A stretch of DNA of 64,000 bases from a virus (Duplodnaviria; Caudoviricetes): positions 160,001-224,000 of IMG/VR virus record IMGVR_UViG_2936514734_000001, one strand, 5' to 3'. A model generated the notes under the pieces. It was not told the DNA's origin. It searched no databases and saw nothing but the letters and a program-made list of their open reading frames with translations. Shown one piece after another: positions 10,059-20,565 of the stretch. Position 1 is the first letter of the stretch, and the number at the start of each line of letters is the position of its first letter. The translations under genes and the position numbers were made by a program.

Positions 10059-13000
10059 TTAAGCCACTCCACTTGTTACGGTATTCTTCTCGATTTTCTT
10101 CCAAATATCCTTATTGATTTTCTTTGGAATATTAATCGAGTTAATAATATAATCGCGTTGATTGCGTTGCCAGTTCATTTGAGCCCGAATACCAACCTTC
10201 ATGATCATGCCCGGAACTAATCCATCTTTTGCTGTCTCATATTGTTTAGGGAATAGCGTTAAGCTACGTTGTCCTTCCAATGTATCTACTGTTAAGAAAG
10301 CCATGTTATCGCCTTTTTTAGTGCGAATAACGCGTGCATCTACAAGTGATACAACAGTATGATGAACAGCATCATCTAGACCTTCCCAATCTGTTGGTTC
10401 AGCTAATCGATCAAGTACATGTCCGCTTACATATAAGCCAAGGACTTCACGTTCTTTTTCAAACTTTAAGCGGTCAGTATATTTAGCTATAGCATCTACG
10501 AGATCAGGATCTGGTGACTCTCCACGAAGACCTAGAATATAAGCCATTTGTTCAAAGCGGTTATTGAATTCTCCATTTGTAAGAGAATCCAGTGAGCCAC
10601 TATAGTTGAGAGCTGTTAAACTCGCTTTGTTTAAGTTTTTCTTAGGCACACGATTCATAAGGTCATTTATTGATTCAAATGGTCCACCTACTGTTTCAAG
10701 ACCAATAACTATTTCAGGGTCTACTTCTGAGGCTATATCAAGCACTTGAGCTTCATCGTCAGTTAGGTAGGTTAGCCCTCCATCTTCATCTCTAGTACAA
10801 GGAACATCTCGAACCTTACGTTCTTCTAGAATTGCATCCAATGTTGCTTCACCAAGACCTTTAATAGAACCTAGGCCAAATCGAATTGCATTATCCCCAT
10901 CGATAGTAAATCCAACTTCTGAGCGGTTAATGTCAGGAGGAAGGATCTCAAATCCCATATCTCTTGCAACTTTTACATACTTTACAACTTTATCTTCATC
11001 TGTGTAGAACACTTGAAGAACCGCTGTCATATATTCTAGAGGATAGTTAGCTTTAAGGTATCCTGTTTGATAAGCAATGTAAGCATAAGCTGCAGCATGT
11101 GAACGGTTAAATGCATAGCCGGCAAACGGGCGAATATCCTCACAAATTTTAGTTGCTACATGTTCCGGTGTTCCATTTGCCACTAATCTTTTGTGTAGTT
11201 CTTCTAATGCTGGGTTAAGAATCTCAATCTTCTTCTTACCCACCGCTTTACGTAGTACGTCCGCCTCTCCCATGGAGTATCCAGCCATTTCAACCGCTAC
11301 TTCCATCACTTGCTCTTGATAAATCATAATTCCAAATGTATTTTTGGTGATTTTATCAAAGACAGGGTGAACCTCTGGAATCTCTTCATGTCCATTTGCT
11401 AATGCTGTATATTTCGGAATATAATCCATCGGGCCTGGACGATAAAGTGCTACTCCCGCTATAAGAGTCTCAAAGTTTACTTGGTTCATACCATTAAACA
11501 TCTTCTTCATACCATCTGATTCAATTTGGAATAACGAATCTGTTTCTCCACGCCGAATCATTTCGAAAGTATTAGTGTCTTCAGGAATAAGATTATCAAC
11601 ATCAATCAAGAAACCATGACGTTTTTCTACTAATCTACGGCATATTTCAATTACAGATAAGTTCTTTAGTCCCAGGAAATCAAACTTGATAAAACCTTTT
11701 TGTTCAAGTGTTGGTCCATCATAAGCAACAACACGTTCTCCTGCTTTCTTTCCTTTGATTAGAGCAACTTCCTCTGTTATTGGTTCCGGTGTAATTAAAA
11801 CACCACAAGCGTGAACTCCTTGCGTTCTAGGCATACTTTCAACCTCTAACGCTAATTCGAACAGACGAGGATATCTTTCTGCATAAGCTTTAACTTGTTT
11901 AATTTCATCTAATGCATCTGATATAGGCATAACCTTACCTTGGTGAGAAGGAATATGCTTGTTCAGTTCATTAATTTCATTGTGATCAATATTTAATGCA
12001 CGCCCAATATCTTTTAAAGCAGACTTAGTTGATAGCGTACCAAACGTAGCAATTTGAGCTACTTTATCCCATCCATACTTGTTTGTTACATATTCAATTA
12101 CTTCATGACGACGTAAGTAGTCAAAGTCAGTATCCACATCCGGGAATCCAGGGCGTTCTGGATTGATAAAGCGATAGAATAACAGATTATACAAGATAGG
12201 ATCTAAGTTTGTAATACCTAATACGTATGCAACTAGCGAGCCTGCAGCTGAACCCCGACCAGGACCAACAAGAATACCATTACGTTTTGCAAAATCAATA
12301 TAGTCCCAAACGATAAGCATATAGGCACTAATACCTTTGTTCGCAATAACTTCCAATTCATAATCAAGACGTTTCTTGTATGTTTCAAATACCTTATAAG
12401 CAGTTTCACCAATGAAATTTCCATCAGCTAATTTCTCAACTAATCCTTTGTTTGCTAAATGAGATAGGTATGTATCGAAATTATAGCCTTCTGGAACAGT
12501 AAATTCCGGATACTTAATTGTGGTATCATCTAAATCTACATGGCATGAATGAGCAATGTTGTAAGCATTAATTAGGGCTTGTTCCGGGATACCCATATCT
12601 AACATTTCTTGTGCTGAATAGAATACACAGTGCTCATAAACATCGATATCTGATTCATCATCATCTTTACCTTTGTTGATAGAGGTAATTGCTTTATGAA
12701 CAGGACGATCTTCTGGACGCAACATATGAGCATCTGAAGTTGCTACAAGCGGAATACCTAATTCCTCTGACCATTGGATTAAAACACTGTTCACTAACTG
12801 TTGTTCTTCCATTGTGCTAGGTTGAATCTCTAGATAAAATTCATCAAAACATCGTTGATAAAACTTAATATGATTTTTAGCAACGCGCATTTTACCTTTG
12901 CGAATTAACTGAGGAATAGTACCACCTAAACAGCTACTTGTTGCAATAATGCCTTTACCGTATTTTTTAATGTCATGATAATCAATACGTGGCTTACCAT

Positions 13001-13601
13001 AGAACCCTTCAAGTGAGCCAATGGAGGTCATCTTTATTAGGTTTTTATAGCCTTCGTTGTTTTTAGCTATCATAAGCAAGTGAGCTATTCTAGGAGACCA
13101 TTCAAATAAACGTTTTTGTTTGTCATCTTGCTTTCCAGATAGATACCAGCGGTGAGATTTCTTAAGACTTTCAAAATACTCAGGGTTTGCTTCTTTAAAT
13201 TTTTGAAGAAACTCCTCATGCTCAGGTTTTGTAGGTTTGTTTTTAGTAAAAGAATCTTTTTTCTTTTTTTCAAACGCTACATAACCTTCGCTTTCTAATG
13301 CAGCTAGTTCATCTTTTGTACGATAAGCTACATCAGTGTAGTTGATTGTCTCAAAATCTGCTTTTTTCCACTGTTTTTTAGGGGCGATATAACCTTCCAT
13401 CCCTAAAACAGGATGAAGACCTGCCTTTTTACATTTTTGATAAAACTGAATATGGGCGAAGCATGTACCGTGATCACTTACACCGATGGAATCCATTCCG
13501 AATTCTTTTGCTAACTTAATCATTGGATCAATACGACAAAAACCATCTAATAGACTTCCCTCTGGTGTGTGAAGGTGTAAATGTGCAAAAGGTACAGTCA
13601 T
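10059..13601 (-). CDS. dnaE: DNA polymerase III alpha subunit (family C, PHP domain)
   Basis: HLHLH..SLLDG, SDHG, GPGRGSAAGSLV, PDVDTD, KFDFLGL, YAFNRSHA, LPPDIN.S, C-terminal OB fold. Confidence 0.97.
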   Translation of the reverse strand: MTVPFAHLHLHTPEGSLLDGFCRIDPMIKLAKEFGMDSIGVSDHGTCFAHIQFYQKCKKAGLHPVLGMEGYIAPKKQWKKADFETINYTDVAYRTKDELAALESEGYVAFEKKKKDSFTKNKPTKPEHEEFLQKFKEANPEYFESLKKSHRWYLSGKQDDKQKRLFEWSPRIAHLLMIAKNNEGYKNLIKMTSIGSLEGFYGKPRIDYHDIKKYGKGIIATSSCLGGTIPQLIRKGKMRVAKNHIKFYQRCFDEFYLEIQPSTMEEQQLVNSVLIQWSEELGIPLVATSDAHMLRPEDRPVHKAITSINKGKDDDESDIDVYEHCVFYSAQEMLDMGIPEQALINAYNIAHSCHVDLDDTTIKYPEFTVPEGYNFDTYLSHLANKGLVEKLADGNFIGETAYKVFETYKKRLDYELEVIANKGISAYMLIVWDYIDFAKRNGILVGPGRGSAAGSLVAYVLGITNLDPILYNLLFYRFINPERPGFPDVDTDFDYLRRHEVIEYVTNKYGWDKVAQIATFGTLSTKSALKDIGRALNIDHNEINELNKHIPSHQGKVMPISDALDEIKQVKAYAERYPRLFELALEVESMPRTQGVHACGVLITPEPITEEVALIKGKKAGERVVAYDGPTLEQKGFIKFDFLGLKNLSVIEICRRLVEKRHGFLIDVDNLIPEDTNTFEMIRRGETDSLFQIESDGMKKMFNGMNQVNFETLIAGVALYRPGPMDYIPKYTALANGHEEIPEVHPVFDKITKNTFGIMIYQEQVMEVAVEMAGYSMGEADVLRKAVGKKKIEILNPALEELHKRLVANGTPEHVATKICEDIRPFAGYAFNRSHAAAYAYIAYQTGYLKANYPLEYMTAVLQVFYTDEDKVVKYVKVARDMGFEILPPDINRSEVGFTIDGDNAIRFGLGSIKGLGEATLDAILEERKVRDVPCTRDEDGGLTYLTDDEAQVLDIASEVDPEIVIGLETVGGPFESINDLMNRVPKKNLNKASLTALNYSGSLDSLTNGEFNNRFEQMAYILGLRGESPDPDLVDAIAKYTDRLKFEKEREVLGLYVSGHVLDRLAEPTDWEGLDDAVHHTVVSLVDARVIRTKKGDNMAFLTVDTLEGQRSLTLFPKQYETAKDGLVPGMIMKVGIRAQMNWQRNQRDYIINSINIPKKINKDIWKKIEKNTVTSGVA

Positions 13602-13634
13602 TCAGCCACCTCCTTGCTAGTTGTTCTATAGATG

Positions 13635-14213
13635 TTATTCATCGTCATCTTCTTCATACTCATAGATGTCTTCAATTTCAGAAAGTACGTCATCGTTAAG
13701 TATGGTGAAAATGTCGAATCCTTCTTTGTATTTATAAAACCCACCAAAATTTTCGTTTAATTTACGTGCTGGTCCTAAAATATTATAAGTTCTAGATTTT
13801 TCAATGTTATCCCTTAAGTAGATAGCTAATTTAGCAGCTAAAGTAATGAGACCATCATTTTCATAACCATAATCATCATGAGTATCTAAATATTTATAGG
13901 CAAAATCATAGGCTTGTTCAACTATGAAGAAGTCTATGAACTCTACTCTAGAGACAGGTTGACCATCTGCATGCTTTAAATATGCTAAATATTTTTCAAG
14001 GACTTCACATTTTAAATCAAAACCATTGTAGCTTGAATAATACGCCTTCTTTGCTTCAGCAATAGAAGCGGGTGGGACGGCTATTTCCTTACCAATATCC
14101 ATTATTTTTTTAGAAGAGATAAGATTGTTACGACTCCCTTTAATTACACTCTTATTATTACTTCCTAATTGACCTACATTGTATAGAAGAGTTTGAATCA
14201 TCTGACTAATCAT
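13635..14213 (-). CDS. hypothetical protein
   Basis: 192-aa ORF with RBS. Confidence 0.7.
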   Translation of the reverse strand: MISQMIQTLLYNVGQLGSNNKSVIKGSRNNLISSKKIMDIGKEIAVPPASIAEAKKAYYSSYNGFDLKCEVLEKYLAYLKHADGQPVSRVEFIDFFIVEQAYDFAYKYLDTHDDYGYENDGLITLAAKLAIYLRDNIEKSRTYNILGPARKLNENFGGFYKYKEGFDIFTILNDDVLSEIEDIYEYEEDDDE

Positions 14214-14268
14214 TGCGTTATTTTCCTTTCAAAGGATTGGGGTAGCGGGAAGCCACCCCTTAATTGTT

Positions 14269-15171
14269 TTACTCAGCTTGTTTAGGCTTAATCATTACTG
14301 GAACAACAGAACCGCGTTCGAATCTGAAAGCTAATTCAAAGCCTTCTTTACTTGATAAGTACTCAGCAATTTTAAGCATGATGTAGATAGTGTGTTCAGG
14401 TTTATATTCTGTTCCTTCTTCACTCTCTAAACCTTTCTCAATTAGTTTGTGTGCAAAACCACCAAAGAACAATTGCTCATATGCTGCGATAGCATCATCA
14501 CTAATAGAGAAGCTTTTAATAGGTGTATTTTTTGTTAACTGTTCAATAACTTCCTCTGCAACTTCATCTAAGATACTTTGAATAACATCTTCGAGTGTGT
14601 ATTCTTGGGCACCTGAAATAGCTTGTGCGATAATATCCGCTAAATTAGGTTGTAAGTTTGTCTTAGTAGGGTCCGTATCAGCAGTTTCTGTGTATTCAGC
14701 AAAGCGAGCACGAACACTTTCATTTAGTTCTTGCTGCTTAATTTGCTGTTTAATTACTTCAGATAAATCAACCGCTGGAGTGTGTACAGAGCCTGGTTGA
14801 ATATAATCAACAAATAATGGTTTAACTTCTACTGGTTGATTGATTTGTTCACGAATTTGCTTAGATAGTTGTTGAGCTGTTACTTGAGCAGCAATAACAT
14901 CTTTAAGAGGTGTTTCCTCCACTTCTTCTTCTACTGATTCCTCCTCTTCTGCAAGAGCAAGCACTGCTCCAATTCCAGGTAGGATTTCTCCAAAGATGTC
15001 TTGTACAAGAACACCCATTAATTCTTTAGCAACTCCATCCATGATTTCTTGACCATCTGGATGATCCTTAAGTGTTAATGCTAATTCAGCTACTTCTTGA
15101 GGTGTAGCAGTTTCTAATGCCTTTACGATTGATTCCACCATAGTTTGTTTTGAAATGATTCCTACTGTCAT
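14269..15171 (-). CDS. acidic hypothetical protein with repeated L(S/A)xxIxxQ(I/V) helical motifs
   Basis: 300-aa ORF, GGAGG RBS, internal motif repeats. Confidence 0.75.
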   Translation of the reverse strand: MTVGIISKQTMVESIVKALETATPQEVAELALTLKDHPDGQEIMDGVAKELMGVLVQDIFGEILPGIGAVLALAEEEESVEEEVEETPLKDVIAAQVTAQQLSKQIREQINQPVEVKPLFVDYIQPGSVHTPAVDLSEVIKQQIKQQELNESVRARFAEYTETADTDPTKTNLQPNLADIIAQAISGAQEYTLEDVIQSILDEVAEEVIEQLTKNTPIKSFSISDDAIAAYEQLFFGGFAHKLIEKGLESEEGTEYKPEHTIYIMLKIAEYLSSKEGFELAFRFERGSVVPVMIKPKQAE

Positions 15172-15193
15172 AATTAATTTCCTCCCGAGATTA

Positions 15194-15442
15194 TCAATGT
15201 GATTGTTTTGGTGATACTGGTTTTACGTACTGTTCGATTCCTTCTACTTCAAACACATGAAGCTCTACTCTCGTTGAGAAATGCTTAATGACCTTTAGAA
15301 TGTCCTCTTGTGTTTTTAGCTTAGTAGGATCTAAGATAAACTTTCCATGAAACTCAAATACTGCTACATCAGGTACCGTATCTGAAGGTATTCCTCCTAC
15401 AGGTTCCAATGTTTCAATCTCCAAGCTCTTCATCCCCCTCAT
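15194..15442 (-). CDS. hypothetical protein
   Basis: 82-aa ORF; probable start MKSLEI after a GAGGGG RBS. Confidence 0.6.
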   Translation of the reverse strand: MRGMKSLEIETLEPVGGIPSDTVPDVAVFEFHGKFILDPTKLKTQEDILKVIKHFSTRVELHVFEVEGIEQYVKPVSPKQSH

Positions 15443-15605
15443 GTTTAATGAATTCTCATGTTCTTAGTTTTTGTAGTCTTTTAGGTTACTAACTATCAAT
15501 TAGCTTGTTAGTTGTTTTTATGTTCGTTGTGATTTGTGATTTTGTTTAGTTGTTAGTCTAACTGACAAGTTAATAACCTAAATGGAGTACACAACTGTTT
15601 AACAG

Positions 15606-16063
15606 GTACTTTATACTTTTGGTAAGCTGCCGAGTTACGTTAGACCAGAAGATACACCTATCCCTTGGAAGGGGAAAAAGGTGTAAATAGCTACTTTACT
15701 TTTGTATAAGTGCCTGAGAACTTATGAGCCACCGTTATGTTACACGAGATTTCTCTCTAAGTAAGCACAACATCAATCCTCCCCGATGCTGTATCGCTTA
15801 CTTACTATGTCCCCGTAAGGACTAAGGATTCCTCCCAACCTTTTTATTGCAAGAGGTAGTTGTCACCTCTCTGAGACTCCTTTTCCACAATCCATAACGG
15901 TAGATTGCTTGCCTAATGAAAAGTACGCTGATATTATTTGCAGTTGCTTCAGCTCGCCTGACCTTTTATTTTCACGTCGTTTAAGGGCGATTCGACGATT
16001 ATGTATTCAGTTATTGTGCCTACATAAAACAACCCTTTAGTTTTAAAAAGTCAATAGGTCAGG
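15606..16063 (-). ncRNA. candidate large structured non-coding RNA
   Basis: ORF-free region with nested long-range helices (15614-27/15907-25; 15731-39/15893-901) and many local hairpins; GAAA and UACG tetraloops on the minus strand. Confidence 0.5.
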
Positions 16064-16133
16064 AGTAAGTTATATAATTTAATTTATTCTGACAATTATA
16101 GAAAACAAAAAAGAGAAGGCTACAAAAACCTTC

Positions 16134-16559
16134 TCAGGAAGATACTTTACGTATAGATTTAACTAATATACGAAACGGATCATCATCTTGTTTAACCGTT
16201 ATAGTTGTATTTGCCTCCGATACAAAGTCGCATACTTTTTCGGGTCTAAACACAATACCGGTAGTAATTATAATATCCCCAATAGCAATATCCAGTTGGT
16301 CCCAAAATACTGGTGGTACCACTACAAGTAATTCTCCAAGAGTATCATCAATTGTTACAAATATAATCCGCTGCCTTTGATCATCAATCAGCATACCTGT
16401 ATCGACTATATATTTAACTTTACCACCGCATGTAACTTCATCTTTTTGTTTGCTACTTTTTTGAATAGTATAAGAGAATGCTGTTATATGTGGCTTAATA
16501 GTATCGATAATATTTTTAATCTCTTTTTGTCTTTCTTTTTCGTGATTAGTTAATGGCAA
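16134..16559 (-). CDS. stand-alone OB-fold nucleic-acid-binding protein resembling the DnaE C-terminal OB domain
   Basis: GGKV...IIFVTIDDTLGELLVVV.P..W...GDIIITTG pattern; start reassigned to TTG 16559 after a GAAAGGGG RBS. Confidence 0.6.
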   Translation of the reverse strand: MPLTNHEKERQKEIKNIIDTIKPHITAFSYTIQKSSKQKDEVTCGGKVKYIVDTGMLIDDQRQRIIFVTIDDTLGELLVVVPPVFWDQLDIAIGDIIITTGIVFRPEKVCDFVSEANTTITVKQDDDPFRILVKSIRKVSS

Positions 16560-17226
16560 ATTCTTCGCCCCTTTCATACATATCCATGAGTTGATTAACA
16601 AGCGCATCTGTGATTTTATTGTGTTCTCTTGGTACATGCTTCAACTCTACATTAGGGAATGAGTACAATTTATTCTTTAATTCTAGGGCGTAATCTCTAA
16701 ATATCTTTTGTGCAGGTAGTTTAGTTGATACATGCTGTACCATGGATGCACTATCTGTTACAAATATGATTCTGTCTGCTTTAACCTTATATTTTTCTAC
16801 AAACAATAAAGCTTGTAGTAAGCCATGATACTCCGCAAGAGTCGAATTAATATCTACTGTTTCACCTGTTGGTAAAGTAATTTTGTCACCAATAAATGTC
16901 GCATCATGTTTTAACATCTTTTGATCACCGTAGATAGCAAAAGCACTAGCCGATAATGAACGTAAGTTGTTGTCATGATTATTTCGAACACCTCCATCAG
17001 TAAAGACAACCACAGTGTTATATTTCTCTTGAAATGTTTTCTGAGTCTTTAAATCTTCTAATAGAGCGCCTACATCGTATCCATTTTCCTTCATCTCTTT
17101 CAATAGCAAATCTTGTTTTAAAGAAATTTCTTTTGCTGAACTATGATTACCGCTATCAACTTGTTCATAAAAAGAAAAAAACAGATGACTAAACTCACTA
17201 GCCATCTGCTCGACTGTATTAACCAA
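16546..17226 (-). CDS. ribonuclease H (RNase HI-like) family protein
   Basis: VFTDGG, AEYHGL, TDS and HVPREHN..TDAL.N catalytic pattern. Confidence 0.85.
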   Translation of the reverse strand: MVNTVEQMASEFSHLFFSFYEQVDSGNHSSAKEISLKQDLLLKEMKENGYDVGALLEDLKTQKTFQEKYNTVVVFTDGGVRNNHDNNLRSLSASAFAIYGDQKMLKHDATFIGDKITLPTGETVDINSTLAEYHGLLQALLFVEKYKVKADRIIFVTDSASMVQHVSTKLPAQKIFRDYALELKNKLYSFPNVELKHVPREHNKITDALVNQLMDMYERGEEFAIN

Positions 17227-18094
17227 GGTATTGATTAATGATACTTTCTTTATTTAGGAACGTGCGGTAAATTCCTTTTCGCGTATCAAAAGTGATAGCA
17301 AAACAATGTAATCCAGGCATATCCTCATTATCTATTCTTGCAGTTAGGAGGATATTTGCAAAGTTAAACAATAGGTTAGCAGCTGTAATGTTAGTCATAA
17401 TGTTTTGTGGGTGAGATACCGCTGCTTCGTCACAACTTAGCTCTGTAGGTAGTTTATCCGCACCTTCTAGTACTTCAGGAAACATTTCACCTACCATTGG
17501 TGTGCGGAACCAAGAGTTTTGACCAAGTTCATTTACATAACCTCTTCCTGGTAAAAATCCGCATACAACTTGACCATTCAAGAATTCATTACCACTACTT
17601 AATGAAAAAACGCCTCTAGTTTTTTGTTGAAGCTCTAATGCTGCCTCATGAATGAATACGCGTGTTTTATTATTATCAACACAATCAACTAATACAGGAA
17701 TCATAGGAGGTTCATTTTCCAATAAAGATAAAACCAACTTAGTTAACATTTCTGTATTAGTGATATATTCATCTAAATATTGAATGTTTGTGCTAAAAGC
17801 AACACCGTAACGGGTAGATAGAACTTCTGCTTTATTCTTTTCTAAATCCTTTTCTACAAAGTTCTGACGATTAAGGTTAGATAAAGACACAGTATCTGCA
17901 TCAATAAGAACTAACTTATGCGGAGGTAGTCCTTCCATTTTTCTTAATTTATTTGTAATTGAGATTTGTCTTGCTAGGTTAGGAATAAGGTAACCACCTG
18001 TTCCACCCGCACCCACTACTACGAATAGTTTAGATATGTGATATGATGTGTCAAGATTGTATGTAGTTTCTAAATTTAATTGTAACGTTGACAT
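17219..18094 (-). CDS. ThiF/E1-like ubiquitin-activating enzyme (PRTRC-type)
   Basis: VVGAGGTGG, DADTV..SNLNRQ, NKAEVL, DCVDN..TR, GN....GQV, and LSC (candidate catalytic Cys). Confidence 0.92.
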   Translation of the reverse strand: MSTLQLNLETTYNLDTSYHISKLFVVVGAGGTGGYLIPNLARQISITNKLRKMEGLPPHKLVLIDADTVSLSNLNRQNFVEKDLEKNKAEVLSTRYGVAFSTNIQYLDEYITNTEMLTKLVLSLLENEPPMIPVLVDCVDNNKTRVFIHEAALELQQKTRGVFSLSSGNEFLNGQVVCGFLPGRGYVNELGQNSWFRTPMVGEMFPEVLEGADKLPTELSCDEAAVSHPQNIMTNITAANLLFNFANILLTARIDNEDMPGLHCFAITFDTRKGIYRTFLNKESIINQYLG

Positions 18095-18150
18095 ATTAAT
18101 TCCCCTCTCTATAACCGAAAAGTGTAGGGGCGTTAGCCCCCACTATCTTA

Positions 18151-19416
18151 TTAAATTTGGTTTTGTTTAACCGCACCGATTGCGGCTTCAATAATTTGGT
18201 TGTAACCTAACTTTGTATAATCAGCTGTGATATCAGCAACATTATCCGCTACATCCAACTTCCTTACTTCATCTTTTAAGTCTAAGAACTGAACAATTTC
18301 TGCGTTTTCAAAATCATTCGTACTGAATGGTAGTGCTGAATGACCACCATATCCTTCATTTAGAAGGTGACTGCTGTACATAGCTTCCTCCAAGCCGTAG
18401 AGATCGCCTTCAAAATCCTCTGGAAATAATGTTGTTTGCCCTGATAAAGGCTGAAGTTTTCCGTTTGCTTTGGCGAGATAACTGTTACTGGGATAGGTTG
18501 ATTTCAAATTCGGAACATATTTCTTAGTATGTTGTTCCATCCATTCCGCTGGGTATTCAATATTTTCGAATGGTCCTCGATAAAGCTCCTCTGTAGTTTC
18601 TGTAAACGTCTGTGACTCGAAACCTGGAACAGTAGAGCTAACAACATGAGTTGATGTCGTAACCATCATAGGCCAATCAAACAATACAGAAGGGCATACT
18701 AATTTTTTAGATTTACCTGTAACATAACGAAATGCGAAAGCAGGTTGTTCATTTTTAATCTGACCCCATACTCCATAAAACTGCGTGCTGTTTTCATTGG
18801 CGTCATCTGTAGAGCTAAAAAATGCATTCATAGTATGGTGTGAATGAGTTTCTGCTAATAAGGATAAGTTTTGTCTTAGCCAGTCAACCATTGGGTCGCC
18901 ATGAAATTCTGACAAACTAGCACTATTTTCTTGTCGTGGAACATACACAACTAATTGCCCATCAACCAACAACCCCTTCATTGGAGTATCATCAGAGTAC
19001 TTAACTGGCAATGCTTTGTTGTCTTTATTCCAAAAGAAAAGCAATGATGCTTCAGTTCCATCCTTAGCGTGAACATCACGATAAAAGCTTAAAGCCATTT
19101 GAAGATACTTGAATGGAATTTTCGGAACAAGTAGTTCTGTTCCTTCAGTCATTTTATTTAAACCAGGGATGCTATCTTTAAAATCTTGTACCTTTGTTTT
19201 AAATACTGCTGTATCAGTTTTCTCTACACGGAATAAACCGTTAGCTGCTGTCACAAAGTTAATCTTTTTCAAAGAGTCTGTGTTGTAATTAGAGTCATAA
19301 GCTAAGTATTCCGTTACTTGACTTGCAATCTGACTCGCTAGTAGATTTGATAGATTAAGTGTCATTTGTATGCTCTCCATTCTAACTTTTTCTCTTGTAA
19401 TAAATGTTATTAACAC
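18151..19416 (-). CDS. JAB/MPN (Mov34) metalloprotease, deubiquitinase-like (PRTRC protein A-like)
   Basis: TEA plus HSHHTMNAFFSSTDD = E...HxH..(F)S..D JAB motif. Confidence 0.88.
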   Translation of the reverse strand: MLITFITREKVRMESIQMTLNLSNLLASQIASQVTEYLAYDSNYNTDSLKKINFVTAANGLFRVEKTDTAVFKTKVQDFKDSIPGLNKMTEGTELLVPKIPFKYLQMALSFYRDVHAKDGTEASLLFFWNKDNKALPVKYSDDTPMKGLLVDGQLVVYVPRQENSASLSEFHGDPMVDWLRQNLSLLAETHSHHTMNAFFSSTDDANENSTQFYGVWGQIKNEQPAFAFRYVTGKSKKLVCPSVLFDWPMMVTTSTHVVSSTVPGFESQTFTETTEELYRGPFENIEYPAEWMEQHTKKYVPNLKSTYPSNSYLAKANGKLQPLSGQTTLFPEDFEGDLYGLEEAMYSSHLLNEGYGGHSALPFSTNDFENAEIVQFLDLKDEVRKLDVADNVADITADYTKLGYNQIIEAAIGAVKQNQI

Positions 19417-19508
19417 ATATTCCCCTTATAAACAGTGTTACTTAGTTTATTCTAGGGGAATCTGTTATTTTATAGGTTAATACAGTGTTTATGAGTTGAT
19501 TCTCAAAG

Positions 19509-20279
19509 TCATTCAAAGATGCCTGGAAGATAGTTTTTCACTGCTTGTTGCACATCTAATGTTGAAGATGATTTAAGCGAGTCAAAGGGATAAACAAATT
19601 CTTCTCCCGCTTCTTTGCTTGCTTGTAGTTTTCTAGATAAATCAACCATATGATAAACAGCACAATCTGTATTAAATGGTGAATATTCCTCGGATTCAGG
19701 ATCTGGATTCCATTCAAATTCTTTTACTCGATTATGAGAAAGATCAAAGTTAAATGGTTGAGCAAAGAAACGTGCTGGAATATTTTGAATCGATTTACCC
19801 GTTGGTACCTCTGGATTTTCATGTCCCCAACAAATACCATGAGCAACACCGATATTAGGAAAAGGCGCATGTAAGACCTTATCCTTAAATGAAAGCAATT
19901 CGTGTTTAAGTACGTACATCATAGAATGTCTTAAACGTTTTCTTCCATTTCCATCAGTAAATACTTCAAAAATCCAAAGCATTGGCGGTACTGGAATAGT
20001 AAACTCTTTAGGAACACCAGTATCACGCGATGCAAAAACAACCTGTCTCTCTGTTGCAGGTGTGGTCATTACATAGCCTTCGTAATGATTCTTACGATAA
20101 TACTTAACAACTCCCCATTGAGAAGGAAGAAGCGGTGTTTCCATGGCCTGCTCCTTCATAAAGATTTCTTGAATAGTTTCGATGTTTGTATGTTTAATTG
20201 TTTTAATCCCTTGCTCATTAACAGTCGTTACTGTTACCTTTTCTGGTTCTAAAACAATAGTTGTGCTTGGTGTAGCCAT
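19509..20279 (-). CDS. prokaryotic E2-like conjugating enzyme (PRTRC protein B-like)
   Basis: HAPFPNI....GICWG with the Cys at the E2 catalytic position; FF..PFN.DL; adjacent to JAB and E1. Confidence 0.8.
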   Translation of the reverse strand: MATPSTTIVLEPEKVTVTTVNEQGIKTIKHTNIETIQEIFMKEQAMETPLLPSQWGVVKYYRKNHYEGYVMTTPATERQVVFASRDTGVPKEFTIPVPPMLWIFEVFTDGNGRKRLRHSMMYVLKHELLSFKDKVLHAPFPNIGVAHGICWGHENPEVPTGKSIQNIPARFFAQPFNFDLSHNRVKEFEWNPDPESEEYSPFNTDCAVYHMVDLSRKLQASKEAGEEFVYPFDSLKSSSTLDVQQAVKNYLPGIFE

Positions 20280-20551
20280 TATTTTACCTCCCTAATGTTC
20301 AATACGCCTTGAATGAATTCTGCATTTTTATCACTATTAAAATCCGCTTTGATTTTATCAATATCAATTCCTAGCTCTACTGCTTGCTCAAAGGATATTC
20401 CAGCTTCACTCATTACTTCATCCGTAATTTTCTCTTCTAAAAGCTCACCCTTATCTAAAGAGGCGGACTGAATAGCTTCCTCTTTAGATAATGCCTTTAC
20501 CTTATATTTTTGTTCAGCAAGAACTAATAAAGTTACCTCATACTCTTTCAT
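20279..20551 (-). CDS. hypothetical protein in the Ubl operon
   Basis: 90 aa, GGAGG RBS, TAATG overlap with the E2 gene. Confidence 0.7.
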   Translation of the reverse strand: MKEYEVTLLVLAEQKYKVKALSKEEAIQSASLDKGELLEEKITDEVMSEAGISFEQAVELGIDIDKIKADFNSDKNAEFIQGVLNIREVK

Positions 20552-20565
20552 TAGTAATCCTCCAA

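Noticed and set aside
15606-16063. IS200/IS605 omega RNA or self-splicing intron assignment
   Set aside because: There is no adjacent IscB/TnpB/maturase ORF, no interrupted gene and no catalytic core motif I could recognise; left as an unassigned structured element.
17219-18094. ThiF as a thiamine/molybdopterin biosynthesis enzyme
   Set aside because: No thiS/thiG/moa genes are nearby; the neighbours are JAB, E2 and Ubl, which favours protein conjugation.
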